From Candidatus Hadarchaeum sp. (GTDB taxonomy: Archaea; Hadarchaeota; Hadarchaeia; Hadarchaeales; Hadarchaeaceae): 64,000 nucleotides of DNA. Both the position numbers and the translations under genes were made by a program. The notes under the pieces were generated by a model. That model had not been told where the DNA came from, did no database searches, and worked only from the letters and a program-made list of their open reading frames with translations. The stretch's first letter is position 1; each line of letters starts with the position of its first letter. Below are positions 1 through 9,091 of this stretch, piece by piece. Where the stretch lies: contig NZ_JAVZIN010000004.1 in assembly GCF_038871235.1 (NCBI RefSeq), forward strand, positions 47,534 through 111,533. The letters run 5' to 3'.

Positions 1-1342
1 ACACCACATCACCGATCTCAAAAATTTTTTGTGGCAGCGGGTTTCTGCGGTTTTTCTTCAGTACCAACAACAAGGACGGAATCAAGGAATCCCTAAGTAT
101 CGTGTACTCTTCGGAAATAGGGTTGGCTATTTCTACGGCTTCCCCCTTCAACCTCATAAGGTCAAAGTTGACTTTGGGATTGGTCAGCGTGTAGGTCATC
201 ACTTCCATAAAATTCAATCCGGTGAGAACCCGCCTCGCTTTTTCGCTGATTTTTTCAATAGGTGCACGTTCTCCGATAGTTAAAACCTTCGGAAGCGTTG
301 GCTCAAGCTTGTCGTATCCGTATCCTATTGCTATGTCCTCAATGATATCTATTTCGTGCATGATGTCGCAGCGGTAGGGCGGAATTAGTAGTCTCAGCTT
401 GGCCCCGTTGATTTTTTCCACCCCGTAACGCATTGCCATCGCTAGTTTAGCGATCTGTTTTGAGTTGAGATCGATACCTATAGTTTTCTTCGCATTGCTG
501 ACGTTGAGGTTCAATTTGCTTGGCTTTAAGTTCGGGGTAGTGACCCGCCTCTTAGGATATTTTACCACAACGGTTTCTAGGGTAAATCCTCTTTCCCCCA
601 ATCCAGCCATAATTATCGTGAGTGCTTGGTTAACGGCTCGCTCGTCATGTCCGGTAACGTCGATAAAGAGTGAATCCGTTTTTTCAGTCACCCGCGTGTC
701 CTCACTGTTGATTATTGGGGGCAGAGATAGCACCGTTCCTCGTCCGTCGATCAACAGCGGATATCTTGGCAGCCCCTGAAGCAAAGACCCGTATTCAATC
801 CCTTTTGGATGCTCGTGAAGTATTTCCATAGGGGTAAGCTCGCGCCCGAAGTCAAGCGGCAAGAAGCGGATGCCTTCCGGTGTTGTGGTGGTGTATATCA
901 CATGAGGGGCGATGGTTTTGAGATCATAGATGCCGATAGATGCTTTTTCTCGTTTTCTGCCCAGCGATGCGTGCAGTTTTTCTTGAACCTGCATAATTGA
1001 GGCGACAATGTCGTCTGTCATTTTTACGTTGCTAACGGCACCGGCGGCTATAAACGGTCGAATCGATTCAACGCTGGGGTCGACTTCAACGGTGATGTTT
1101 GATGGCTTGGTTCTGTATCTTGGTAGGCCGGTTTCAATACGGAGAAATCCCTTAAGGACCCTAGCGACCCCCTCGCAGCTCAAGAGATCAGGACGATTGT
1201 GGGCGATTTCTATTTTAATCTCGTCACCATTTGCTTCAGCTTCCATCCCCAGCATCCCCAGCCGCTCGCAAAGTCTGTCGATCTCAATAGTTTTACCAAG
1301 CAGGCCGCAGAGATCACGGTAGCTGATGCTGATGGATGGCAC
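1..1342 (-). CDS. pheT: Phenylalanyl-tRNA synthetase beta subunit (runs off window start; absent from ORF track)
   Basis: Manual translation from GTG overlapping the pheS stop (TAGTG): MPSISISYRDL...HNRPDLLSCEGVAR...LPPIINSEDTRV...PPYRCDIMHEIDIIEDIAIGYGY. Confidence 0.95.
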   Translation of the reverse strand, partial: MPSISISYRDLCGLLGKTIEIDRLCERLGMLGMEAEANGDEIKIEIAHNRPDLLSCEGVARVLKGFLRIETGLPRYRTKPSNITVEVDPSVESIRPFIAAGAVSNVKMTDDIVASIMQVQEKLHASLGRKREKASIGIYDLKTIAPHVIYTTTTPEGIRFLPLDFGRELTPMEILHEHPKGIEYGSLLQGLPRYPLLIDGRGTVLSLPPIINSEDTRVTEKTDSLFIDVTGHDERAVNQALTIIMAGLGERGFTLETVVVKYPKRRVTTPNLKPSKLNLNVSNAKKTIGIDLNSKQIAKLAMAMRYGVEKINGAKLRLLIPPYRCDIMHEIDIIEDIAIGYGYDKLEPTLPKVLTIGERAPIEKISEKARRVLTGLNFMEVMTYTLTNPKVNFDLMRLKGEAVEIANPISEEYTILRDSLIPSLLLVLKKNRRNPLPQKIFEIGDVV

Positions 1343-2877
1343 TAGATCATCCTCCTCGCTTGAAGCCAGCTGATGTCGTTGTTGTAAAGGTCCCGGATGT
1401 CGTCGATACCAAGCCTTATCATGCTCAGACGCGAGAATCCGATTCCCCAGGCTAGAACGGGATATCGGATGCCAAGTGGGCGAAGAAGTTCTGGCCTGAA
1501 CATTCCAGCTCCCAGCGCTTCCAGCCACTCTCTCTTCTCAGGGAAGTAAACGTCCGCCTCAACTGAAGGTTCAGTGTAGGGGAAGTAGCCGGGCCTGAAT
1601 CTTATTTTGGGCAAACCGAGCTTGACCATGATTTGCTTCAGATAGCCGAGCATGTCGCGCAGCGTGAGGTCCTTATCCATAACTATCCCTTCGGCTTGAT
1701 AGAATTCTGCCAAATGTTTGTAGTCGATCTTTTCATGTCTGTAGACCCTATCGATACAGAAGACCTTTATGGGTGGATCAGGATGTGTTGAAAGATATCT
1801 GACGGTGGCAGCGGTTGTTTGCGAGCAAAGCACGGTTCTGTGACTAATCTCGGTGTTGAACTTATATCCCCAGCCGGTAGAACCCGCTACGCCGCGCTCA
1901 TGTGCTTTAGCCACACGGTTTAGTAGGTCAGGGGGAGGGAGATGGGCCCGTTTTGGTTTTGCTAGAGAAAAGCTGTCGTGAATTTCTCTGGCAGGATGAT
2001 TTTGGGCTTGGAACAGGGCATCGAAGTTCCAGAACTCCGACTCCACTATCCTGCTTTTTATTTCCACGAATCCCATTTCTAAGAGAATCTCCCGAAGCTC
2101 GTCGATTATCTGTTGTAGTGGGTGCGCTTTTCCCGGGTAGATGGGGACTCCAGGTGCGACCACATCATATTTTTTCAACCTGACTTCTCGCCATCTACCG
2201 CTCAATAGCATCTCTCGGGTCAGTTCACTTACCTCTTCAACTAGCTCAATACCCATTTCAAGTGTTTGTCTGCCAAGATCAGATAGTTTCAATTCTCGCC
2301 TGATCTCTTCTTTTATTTCCACCAATTTTCTTTCTTTGAGTAAGCGCAGCAGTTCTCTATTCTCCTCAGAGAGTTCCTCCAAATCATGTTCCTTGGAGGC
2401 GAGCGATTCAAGCAATTTCTCATCAGCGGATATTTGGGTGAGAGCCTTTTCCCCACCTTCAGTAATTTTCAAGAATGTTTTTCCATTTTTTTTGACGAAG
2501 TTAATCCAACCCCGTCGCTTGAGCCAAGTGATTGCGATATTTTTCAGTTCTGCTTCCAAGCCAGCGCGGTTGGCTGCTTCTTCCACGGTGGCACAGCCAG
2601 ATTCGGAAAGCGCCTGCAGCATTCTTCTCTCGGGAAGGCCACGGCGTGCGTAGTCATGACCTTCCGGAGTAAGCGTAATTTTTGATATTTTTTTCTCATC
2701 AATTTCCACCAAGCCCATTTCAGAGAGACTGAGAACGGCCCGCATGATGGTGGCTTGGTCAAATCCCGTTAGCTGAGCCATTCGTTCGACCGTGGAAGCA
2801 CCGCTCACCTGCGCCAGCCCAAGCATCAGCTTTTTTTCATGGAAACTCATTTTTTCAATGATTTTTTCCAAGTTCAT
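1342..2877 (-). CDS. pheS: Phenylalanyl-tRNA synthetase alpha subunit, archaeal type
   Basis: FWNFDALFQAQNHPARE, YFPYTEPS, GAGMFRPE motifs; long N-terminal region; adjacent to pheT. Confidence 0.97.
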   Translation of the reverse strand: MNLEKIIEKMSFHEKKLMLGLAQVSGASTVERMAQLTGFDQATIMRAVLSLSEMGLVEIDEKKISKITLTPEGHDYARRGLPERRMLQALSESGCATVEEAANRAGLEAELKNIAITWLKRRGWINFVKKNGKTFLKITEGGEKALTQISADEKLLESLASKEHDLEELSEENRELLRLLKERKLVEIKEEIRRELKLSDLGRQTLEMGIELVEEVSELTREMLLSGRWREVRLKKYDVVAPGVPIYPGKAHPLQQIIDELREILLEMGFVEIKSRIVESEFWNFDALFQAQNHPAREIHDSFSLAKPKRAHLPPPDLLNRVAKAHERGVAGSTGWGYKFNTEISHRTVLCSQTTAATVRYLSTHPDPPIKVFCIDRVYRHEKIDYKHLAEFYQAEGIVMDKDLTLRDMLGYLKQIMVKLGLPKIRFRPGYFPYTEPSVEADVYFPEKREWLEALGAGMFRPELLRPLGIRYPVLAWGIGFSRLSMIRLGIDDIRDLYNNDISWLQARRMI

Positions 2878-3010
2878 TTTCAGTATCCCTCAGAGAAACA
2901 AGGAAAGTGGGAGTTATGAGGATTGCGGATGGGGGTATACCGCGTCAAACCATGGTATTCTTTTTCGTGGAGGTTTTGGTTTAAAGGCTAAAAGGAGCCC
3001 TTTAATTGAT

Positions 3011-4135
3011 ATGGGTGAGGCTGGGAGCCTGAAAAAATTGGGTTTTGTGGTCAATCCCATCGCAGGCATGGGTGGAAGGGTCGGCTTGAAGGGCACAGAT
3101 GGTCCGGAGATTCTGGCCAGAGCTCGCGAGTTAGGTGCCGAGCCGGTGGCGCCCATTAGAGCAGTAAGATTTTTGCATGCACTTAAAAAGTTCTCATCCG
3201 AGTTAATGATATTGAGTTATCCTGCTGAGATGGGCGAGAATGAGGCCAAAGAGGCGGAATTGGAGCCGAGAGTCATCGGGAGGATAACGTCCGGCAGTAC
3301 CACATCGGAGGACACCAAACGGGCGGCTCGGGAAATGCTTGCGGAAAAGGTTGATCTCTTGGTTTTTGCAGGAGGTGATGGCACCGCTGCGGATATCCTT
3401 TCGGCAGTTGATTCCAAGGTGCCGATCTTAGGGGTGCCCACCGGGGTTAAAATGCACTCGGCAGTATTTGCCAATACACCCGAAGCCGCAGCCGAGGTTG
3501 CCGCGCGGTTTTTACTCTATGGATTGCCACTTCGCGAGGCGGAAGTGATGGACATTGATGAGGATGAGTTTCGCAAGGGCCGGTTGGTTGCAAGATTGAT
3601 AGGTTATGGCATGGTGCCCTATGAACCTATGATGGTCCAGTCCACGAAAGAGGGAAGCACGGGTCATGAACTGGCCGATCAGAAGGCAATCGCCCGCTGG
3701 GTAGTTGAGATGATGGAAAAGGAGCACGTCTACATACTCGGCCCCGGAACCACCACCCGGGCGGTTGCGGAAGAACTGGGGATTTACGATTCAACCCTGC
3801 TGGGAGTTGATTTAATTGAAGATTACCGGCTTTTGGCTAAGGACGTTAATGAAGCCATGATTTTGGATGCCATCAGGAACAAACCAGCGACGATAATCGT
3901 TAGCCCCATAGGAAGGCAGGGGTTTATTTTGGGTAGAGGAAATTTACAGCTCTCCCCGAGGCTGTTGAGGAAGGTGGGTAAAAAGAACCTTTGGGTACTT
4001 TCAACTCCCCAAAAACTGGCGATCACACCCACGCTGAAGGTCGACACTGGTGATGTTGACCTCGATGAGGAGTTTCGTGGTTATATCAAGGTGATCACGG
4101 GCTACAGACAGTCGAAGATGGTGAAAGTGGTCTGA
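3011..4135 (+). CDS. ATP-NAD kinase family protein
   Basis: VNPIAGMGGRVGLKGTDG and GGDGTA motifs, GVKMHSAVFA; start moved to ATG 3011 because the ORF-track start overlaps pheS. Confidence 0.85.
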   Translation: MGEAGSLKKLGFVVNPIAGMGGRVGLKGTDGPEILARARELGAEPVAPIRAVRFLHALKKFSSELMILSYPAEMGENEAKEAELEPRVIGRITSGSTTSEDTKRAAREMLAEKVDLLVFAGGDGTAADILSAVDSKVPILGVPTGVKMHSAVFANTPEAAAEVAARFLLYGLPLREAEVMDIDEDEFRKGRLVARLIGYGMVPYEPMMVQSTKEGSTGHELADQKAIARWVVEMMEKEHVYILGPGTTTRAVAEELGIYDSTLLGVDLIEDYRLLAKDVNEAMILDAIRNKPATIIVSPIGRQGFILGRGNLQLSPRLLRKVGKKNLWVLSTPQKLAITPTLKVDTGDVDLDEEFRGYIKVITGYRQSKMVKVV

Positions 4136-4219
4136 ATGAATTTCCCCCCTAAAAAGCAGGTTTATAAGCCGGTGGCCGGTGAAATATTTAACTTGTAATT
4201 GGTTTTTGGAAGTGTGAGA

Positions 4220-4693
4220 ATGATTAATAAGAAAACGACCAAGGAACCGACCAGCCCTCGAAAGCTGATGGAGATAAGGGTCAGTGAGGTTATGAACAAA
4301 AGACCGCGCGTGGTTTACGAAGATACTTCCATCGATGGTCTTTTGGAGAGAATCCTTGGGCAGATAGAGGACTGTTTTCCTGTCGTCGATAAGGATTTCA
4401 GGCTGGTGGGCATAGTCACGGAGAGCGATCTCTTTCAGGTACTTTATCCACAAATCCCTTCAAAGACCGTAGGTAGCGCAAAGATAAGGGAGATTCTTAA
4501 GTATTCAGCTAAAACTGTGGGTGATATCATGACGAGACGCCCGATCAAGATCACGCCCGAAATGACCCTTGGCGAGGCCATGGGGATAATGGCGTCTCAC
4601 AAGTTAAGGCGACTGCCTGTTGTCGAGGGCGATAAGTTAGTTGGTCTTTTGTCACTAAGGCACATAATCGAGCTTTATCGAATCATCAGGTAG
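4220..4693 (+). CDS. CBS-domain pair protein
   Basis: Two CBS repeats (FPVVD..LVGIVTESDL; LPVVE..LVGLLSLRHI). Confidence 0.88.
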   Translation: MINKKTTKEPTSPRKLMEIRVSEVMNKRPRVVYEDTSIDGLLERILGQIEDCFPVVDKDFRLVGIVTESDLFQVLYPQIPSKTVGSAKIREILKYSAKTVGDIMTRRPIKITPEMTLGEAMGIMASHKLRRLPVVEGDKLVGLLSLRHIIELYRIIR

Positions 4694-4702
4694 GTTGGTT
4701 TC

Positions 4703-5914
4703 ATGGAATTTGAGGCCTCATCAGTACTGCTTTACCTAGCGGTTTTTCTGATAGCAGCCAAGGCGGGTGGAGCGCTGTCCTCTAAATTGGGCCAGCCGGA
4801 GGTTTTTGGTGAGCTTATCGCTGGAATATTGATCGGTCCTTCAGTAGCGGGCGCAATTACCCAAGGTCTACTGGGTTTTTCGCTGTGCGTTGACCCCGAT
4901 GCCCCAGCTGGGCAGTTCATGGCCCTGCTGGGAGAACTCGGCATAATAATACTGATGTTCATCGCCGGACTTTCAATTGAAGTTGAAGAGTTCCGAAGGT
5001 CCGGTAGGCCATCAACCATAGTCGCGGCCAGTGGTGTGGCGGTGGCATTTTTGTTGGGTTTTGGGGCGGCTTCATTTTTCGGATGGACCCCCTTAGAGGC
5101 AGGGTTCGCTGGTGGAATTCTAGTCGCCACCAGCGTGGGCATCACGGTGAGAACACTGATGGAGATACGCGTGCTCCACACCAAAGTAGGATTGACAATT
5201 CTAGGGGCAGCCGTCATTGACGACGTTTTGGGCATAATAATCCTGAGTGTTCTATCCGGGATGGCTTTTGGTAGCTTGTCCTTTTTCGGAATAGCTGAGA
5301 TCCTTTTCTTGATGGTTGTTTTTTTCGTAGTAGTTCTGGTTTTTGGTTTTAGAGTAGTTCCTCGGTTGCTTTCGTATGCTAGCAGATTTGCCGCCGATGA
5401 GATCGTCCTCTCCATTGCATTCGCGATAGTTTTTTTAGTTTCCGCGATGGCTGAGAAAGTTAGAATAGCGGCCATAACCGGTGCCTTTTTAGTGGGGCTA
5501 ATTACAAGCAAATCTCAATTTGCCGATTCCCTAAGAGAAAAAGCTACCACAGTTGGTTACGGACTTCTTATACCACTGTTTTTTGTCAATATGGGTGTTG
5601 AAACGAATCTTCAAGCTCTGGCATCGGTCGGTTTTCTTGCTGTTGCCTTCTTGGCAATCGCGATGTTCGATAAGATTGTTGGCTGTGGGCTGGGTGCTCT
5701 CCTCAGCGGGTTTAGTGTTAAGGATTCACTGAGAGTTGGGGTGGGAATGATGCCGAGAGCTGAGGTCGCCTTGATAATGGCCTCCATAGGTTTGAAGGCA
5801 GCGGTTGTTGGTCAGTCGTTGCTATCGATGACGGTGATGGTTGTGCTGCTGACATCTTTAGTAACTCCCCTACTGGTTAAGCTTGCCTTTAAAGGAGCCG
5901 AAAAAGAAGCATAA
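4703..5914 (+). CDS. CPA2-family cation:proton antiporter (NapA-like)
   Basis: Multi-TM protein with ATSVGIT, AAVIDDVLG and GMMPRAEVALI motifs. Confidence 0.92.
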   Translation: MEFEASSVLLYLAVFLIAAKAGGALSSKLGQPEVFGELIAGILIGPSVAGAITQGLLGFSLCVDPDAPAGQFMALLGELGIIILMFIAGLSIEVEEFRRSGRPSTIVAASGVAVAFLLGFGAASFFGWTPLEAGFAGGILVATSVGITVRTLMEIRVLHTKVGLTILGAAVIDDVLGIIILSVLSGMAFGSLSFFGIAEILFLMVVFFVVVLVFGFRVVPRLLSYASRFAADEIVLSIAFAIVFLVSAMAEKVRIAAITGAFLVGLITSKSQFADSLREKATTVGYGLLIPLFFVNMGVETNLQALASVGFLAVAFLAIAMFDKIVGCGLGALLSGFSVKDSLRVGVGMMPRAEVALIMASIGLKAAVVGQSLLSMTVMVVLLTSLVTPLLVKLAFKGAEKEA

Positions 5915-6004
5915 AAAGCAGTGGAATTTAGTCCTTGTTAACTTTGGCCGCATCAGTTGCATAGGATTAATTATTTGTCGGTTTAAAGATTGATTGGGGC
6001 GTCG

Positions 6005-7198
6005 ATGTATAGGGACATCTTTGAAGAGGAGCTGAGCAGGGACACGGTCTTTCGCGACCCCAGCAAGCTGATGCCGGAGTATGTGCCGCAGGTACTTGTT
6101 CATCGAGATGAGGAGTTTCGCCAGCTAACCAGATTTTTCAAACCAGTGCTTGAGAATAGATCGAGCCAGCGGGTTTTGGTTACCGGAAGCGTTGGGGTCG
6201 GCAAGACGGTCTTGACGCGGAGGTTCGGCGCGGAGCTTGAGAAGGCAGCGAGCAGCAGGGGCATGGCTCTGACCTATTTACACATCAACTGCCGCAAGGA
6301 CAGAACCATTTACTCGGTGATCGCAAAGATCCTGCAGCACTTTAATCCTCGTTGGCCCTATCATGGTCTCGGTCCGGAGAAGCTTCTTAACGATGTAGTT
6401 ACCTATCTCAACTCCCGTGATGCCTATCTCACAGTCACTCTTGACGAGCTCGATTTTTTCGTGCAGCAGAACGGCCCAAATCTCATTTATTCCCTGACGA
6501 GGACCGCGGAGGAATCAGGTGGTCCCAATCGCATAAGCCTCATTGCCATTGCGCGGGACAAAAGTTTTCTGAGATCTCTGGACGCAGCTACCCAGAGCAC
6601 CTTCATGCACAATGTAATCTCACTCGACCGGTACAGTGCCTCTCAACTTAGAGACATCCTTACCAGCAGGATGAATGAGGCTTTCAAGCCAGGCGTGGTT
6701 GAGGAGGACACGATTGATTTGATAGCCGACATTGCTTCGAGATGGGGCGATGCCCGCTTTGCGCTGGAGTTACTCTGGCGCGCTGGCATGGCTGCGGACG
6801 CCGAAGGTGTGAAACAAGTTACTCCGGAGCACGCTCGGAAAGCCAAAGCAGAGGTCTACCCGGAGATCAGGAGGGAGACCCTGCGAGATCTTCAGCTGCA
6901 TGAGAAACTGACCCTGCTCGCGGTGGCCCGAAAGCTGGTTTTATCTAAACGAGCCTATGCATTCACCGGCGATGTTGAGAGGACCTACCGCGTGGTGTGT
7001 GAGGAATACCGAGAGGAAGCTAGGAGACACACTCAGTTCTGGGAGTATCTGCAGAGGCTCAGCGCTTTAGGCTTGGTGGACATGAAGCCCTCTGGGGTGG
7101 GGCAGCGTGGGCAAAGCCTCAAGATAAGCATTCAGGAAGTTCCTGCAGAGTGGTTGGAAAAAGAATTGGAAAAATTGATCAAAGGAAAGTCCACTTAA
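6005..7198 (+). CDS. cdc6: Orc1/Cdc6 replication initiator
   Basis: Walker A GSVGVGKT, INC motif, Walker B LDELD, GDARFAL, C-terminal winged helix. Confidence 0.95.
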   Translation: MYRDIFEEELSRDTVFRDPSKLMPEYVPQVLVHRDEEFRQLTRFFKPVLENRSSQRVLVTGSVGVGKTVLTRRFGAELEKAASSRGMALTYLHINCRKDRTIYSVIAKILQHFNPRWPYHGLGPEKLLNDVVTYLNSRDAYLTVTLDELDFFVQQNGPNLIYSLTRTAEESGGPNRISLIAIARDKSFLRSLDAATQSTFMHNVISLDRYSASQLRDILTSRMNEAFKPGVVEEDTIDLIADIASRWGDARFALELLWRAGMAADAEGVKQVTPEHARKAKAEVYPEIRRETLRDLQLHEKLTLLAVARKLVLSKRAYAFTGDVERTYRVVCEEYREEARRHTQFWEYLQRLSALGLVDMKPSGVGQRGQSLKISIQEVPAEWLEKELEKLIKGKST

Positions 7199-7236
7199 TT
7201 TCAAGCTTTTTATCATAAAATGTTAAGTTTGGTTTC

Positions 7237-7355
7237 GGGGTCGTGGGGTAGCTTGGTCTATCCTTCTGGCTTAAGGTCATTGTGCGACCTGCCGAACGGG
7301 GCTTAGACCAGAAGCGTAAAAGCCAGAGACCCGAGTTCGAATCTCGGCGACCCCA
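7237..7355 (+). tRNA. tRNA-Pro(CGG) with two introns (7273-7296 at 33/34; 7301-7320 at 37/38)
   Basis: Acceptor GGGGTCG/CGACCCC, Pro-type D arm, anticodon stem CTGGC/GCCAG, T arm CCGAG-TTCGAAT-CTCGG; removing both BHB introns gives loop TT-CGG-GA. Confidence 0.88.
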
Positions 7356-7358
7356 CCT

Positions 7359-7541
7359 TCATCTTTTCGAACGTTTGCGCTTTAACGGCCTAATGCGGTT
7401 CAGCTTCCGCAGCAGGAACCACAGCGTCACAGCGATGAGGATATAAGCCACGCCCTTGACCATGTTCCAAAGAAAGGTTTCGAAAAGGGCGGCCTGTACG
7501 CTAGTGGCCAAAACCAAGACCATCGGGCTAAGTTCCGGCAA
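7359..7541 (-). CDS. Small membrane protein, unknown function
   Basis: 60 aa, hydrophobic segments and basic tail; GGGGG SD-like motif before TTG. Confidence 0.55.
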   Translation of the reverse strand: MPELSPMVLVLATSVQAALFETFLWNMVKGVAYILIAVTLWFLLRKLNRIRPLKRKRSKR

Positions 7542-7611
7542 TTAACCCCCAAAATTATTGGTCCATCGTTTTTAAATACCGATTCGAGCTTATTATCTGG
7601 GATGGATTAAA

Positions 7612-8649
7612 ATGAACGGCAGATTAATGGTGGCTGAGGATTTAACTGGGGCGATAGGCAACACGCCATTAATTAAAATGAGTAAGATTCCAAAAAATTC
7701 CAAGGCACCAAATCTGGAGCTTTTCGGAAAGGCTGAGTTTATGAACCCCTCAGGCAGTCTCAAGGATCGAATATTGTTCAAAATCCTGAGCAAGGCGATT
7801 GAAGAAGGCCAACTCAAAAAAGGCATGACTATTCTGGAGAGTACTACAGGTAACACCGGCATTGCCACCTCCATGATGGGTGCATTATTGGGTTTTCCTG
7901 TGGTCATCGTAATGCCGGCAGGAATGAGTGAGGAAAGAAAAAAGACCATGAGAATTTATGGGGCCAAGGTTTTGGAGGTCCCTGGTGCTGAATCTGACGT
8001 TGATTTGGCTCTCAATAGGGCGAAGGAACTCATCAAGAAAAATCCTAGGAAATACTTTTTCGTGGATCAGTTTAACAATCCTGAAAATGTTCGGGCCCAC
8101 TATGAAACGACCGGGCCTGAGATTTGGGAGCAACTGGGCGGTAAGCTGGATGCTTTCGTAGCCACCGCCGGAACAGGGGGCACCATTACCGGGGTGGGAA
8201 AATATCTGAAGGAAAAGAACCCGAAGATCAAGATATATTTGGTCGAACCATCCGAATCTCCTGTCTTGTCAAAGCAGCGCTGGGGAACGCACCAAATTGA
8301 GGGTATCGGTGATGGTTTCATACCATCCATTTTGGACATCTCAGTACTTGATGGTGTCATTCTGGTCGACTCTAAAAATGCTATAGGGATGACGCGAAGA
8401 CTTGCCCGGGAGGAAGGGCTGTTCGTTGGGATATCAAGCGGGGCCAATGTTAAGGCCTGTTTGAAGTTGCATAAAAGGCATCCGGAACTGAAGCGCATCG
8501 TTACCATGCTCAATGATCACGGCTATCGCTACTTCTCAACCGCCGTATTTGGTGAGGTCAAGATTGTTGAGATACCGAAGCGGCCGCATCCCATTGAGAT
8601 TACTACCGAGCAGCGCAGGATTCTCTCTAAGCTAGAAGTTATCGAGTGA
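7612..8649 (+). CDS. cysK: Cysteine synthase family PLP enzyme
   Basis: NPSGSLKDR PLP-lysine motif, STTGNTG, GTGGT, HQIEGIG, GISSGAN. Confidence 0.9.
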   Translation: MNGRLMVAEDLTGAIGNTPLIKMSKIPKNSKAPNLELFGKAEFMNPSGSLKDRILFKILSKAIEEGQLKKGMTILESTTGNTGIATSMMGALLGFPVVIVMPAGMSEERKKTMRIYGAKVLEVPGAESDVDLALNRAKELIKKNPRKYFFVDQFNNPENVRAHYETTGPEIWEQLGGKLDAFVATAGTGGTITGVGKYLKEKNPKIKIYLVEPSESPVLSKQRWGTHQIEGIGDGFIPSILDISVLDGVILVDSKNAIGMTRRLAREEGLFVGISSGANVKACLKLHKRHPELKRIVTMLNDHGYRYFSTAVFGEVKIVEIPKRPHPIEITTEQRRILSKLEVIE

Positions 8650-8667
8650 ATTTTTTTTGACTTTTTC
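8650..8667 (+). terminator. Oligo-T archaeal terminator candidate after cysK
   Basis: T8 then T5 immediately after the stop codon. Confidence 0.45.
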
Positions 8668-8742
8668 CGGTGTAGATGATAATGTGTTGTTAGCAAGATA
8701 CTTATTTAGCGGAGGTGCGCAGAGTTTAAAAAGGTGGTGATT

Positions 8743-9084
8743 ATGAAAGGTGGCAGACTCACTGAGTCTCTCAGGGTGTTTCTTGAGAAAGGTAGTGACT
8801 GGGAGAGAAAACCAACAACTCTGCCTGGAGTTTTCATCGTCAAGCTCCCCCCATATGGAAAATCGCCAACCAGGTTGGTGGTGGAGATAAACCCGATAGA
8901 TTCCTCGGGCAAGCCTTCCAGAAGAAGAGGCTTTATCATTCGCAATTCTCAGGAGTTTATTAAAATCAGAGAGATGTTTACCGATGACAAGCTTGCTGAT
9001 CTTCTCAGAGGCATAGATGAGGTTAACCCTCAGGGTCCGGAAAGGCCCAAACCTAAGCCCGCTGAAGAGGTCATCGAGATCTGA
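8743..9084 (+). CDS. Hypothetical protein upstream of the Hef helicase
   Basis: GGTGGTGA SD before ATG; globular-looking 113 aa; 7 nt gap to helicase start. Confidence 0.75.
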   Translation: MKGGRLTESLRVFLEKGSDWERKPTTLPGVFIVKLPPYGKSPTRLVVEINPIDSSGKPSRRRGFIIRNSQEFIKIREMFTDDKLADLLRGIDEVNPQGPERPKPKPAEEVIEI

Positions 9085-9091
9085 TCTCCCG

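Noticed and set aside
5915-6004. Replication origin next to cdc6 (CAGTGGAA resembles part of an ORB)
   Set aside because: Only one partial match, no G-string, no repeated boxes and no long AT-rich unwinding region.
7271-7321. Reading the tRNA as Leu(AAG) with one 44-nt intron
   Set aside because: The body is Pro-type with no long variable arm, and two BHB motifs explain the insert better.
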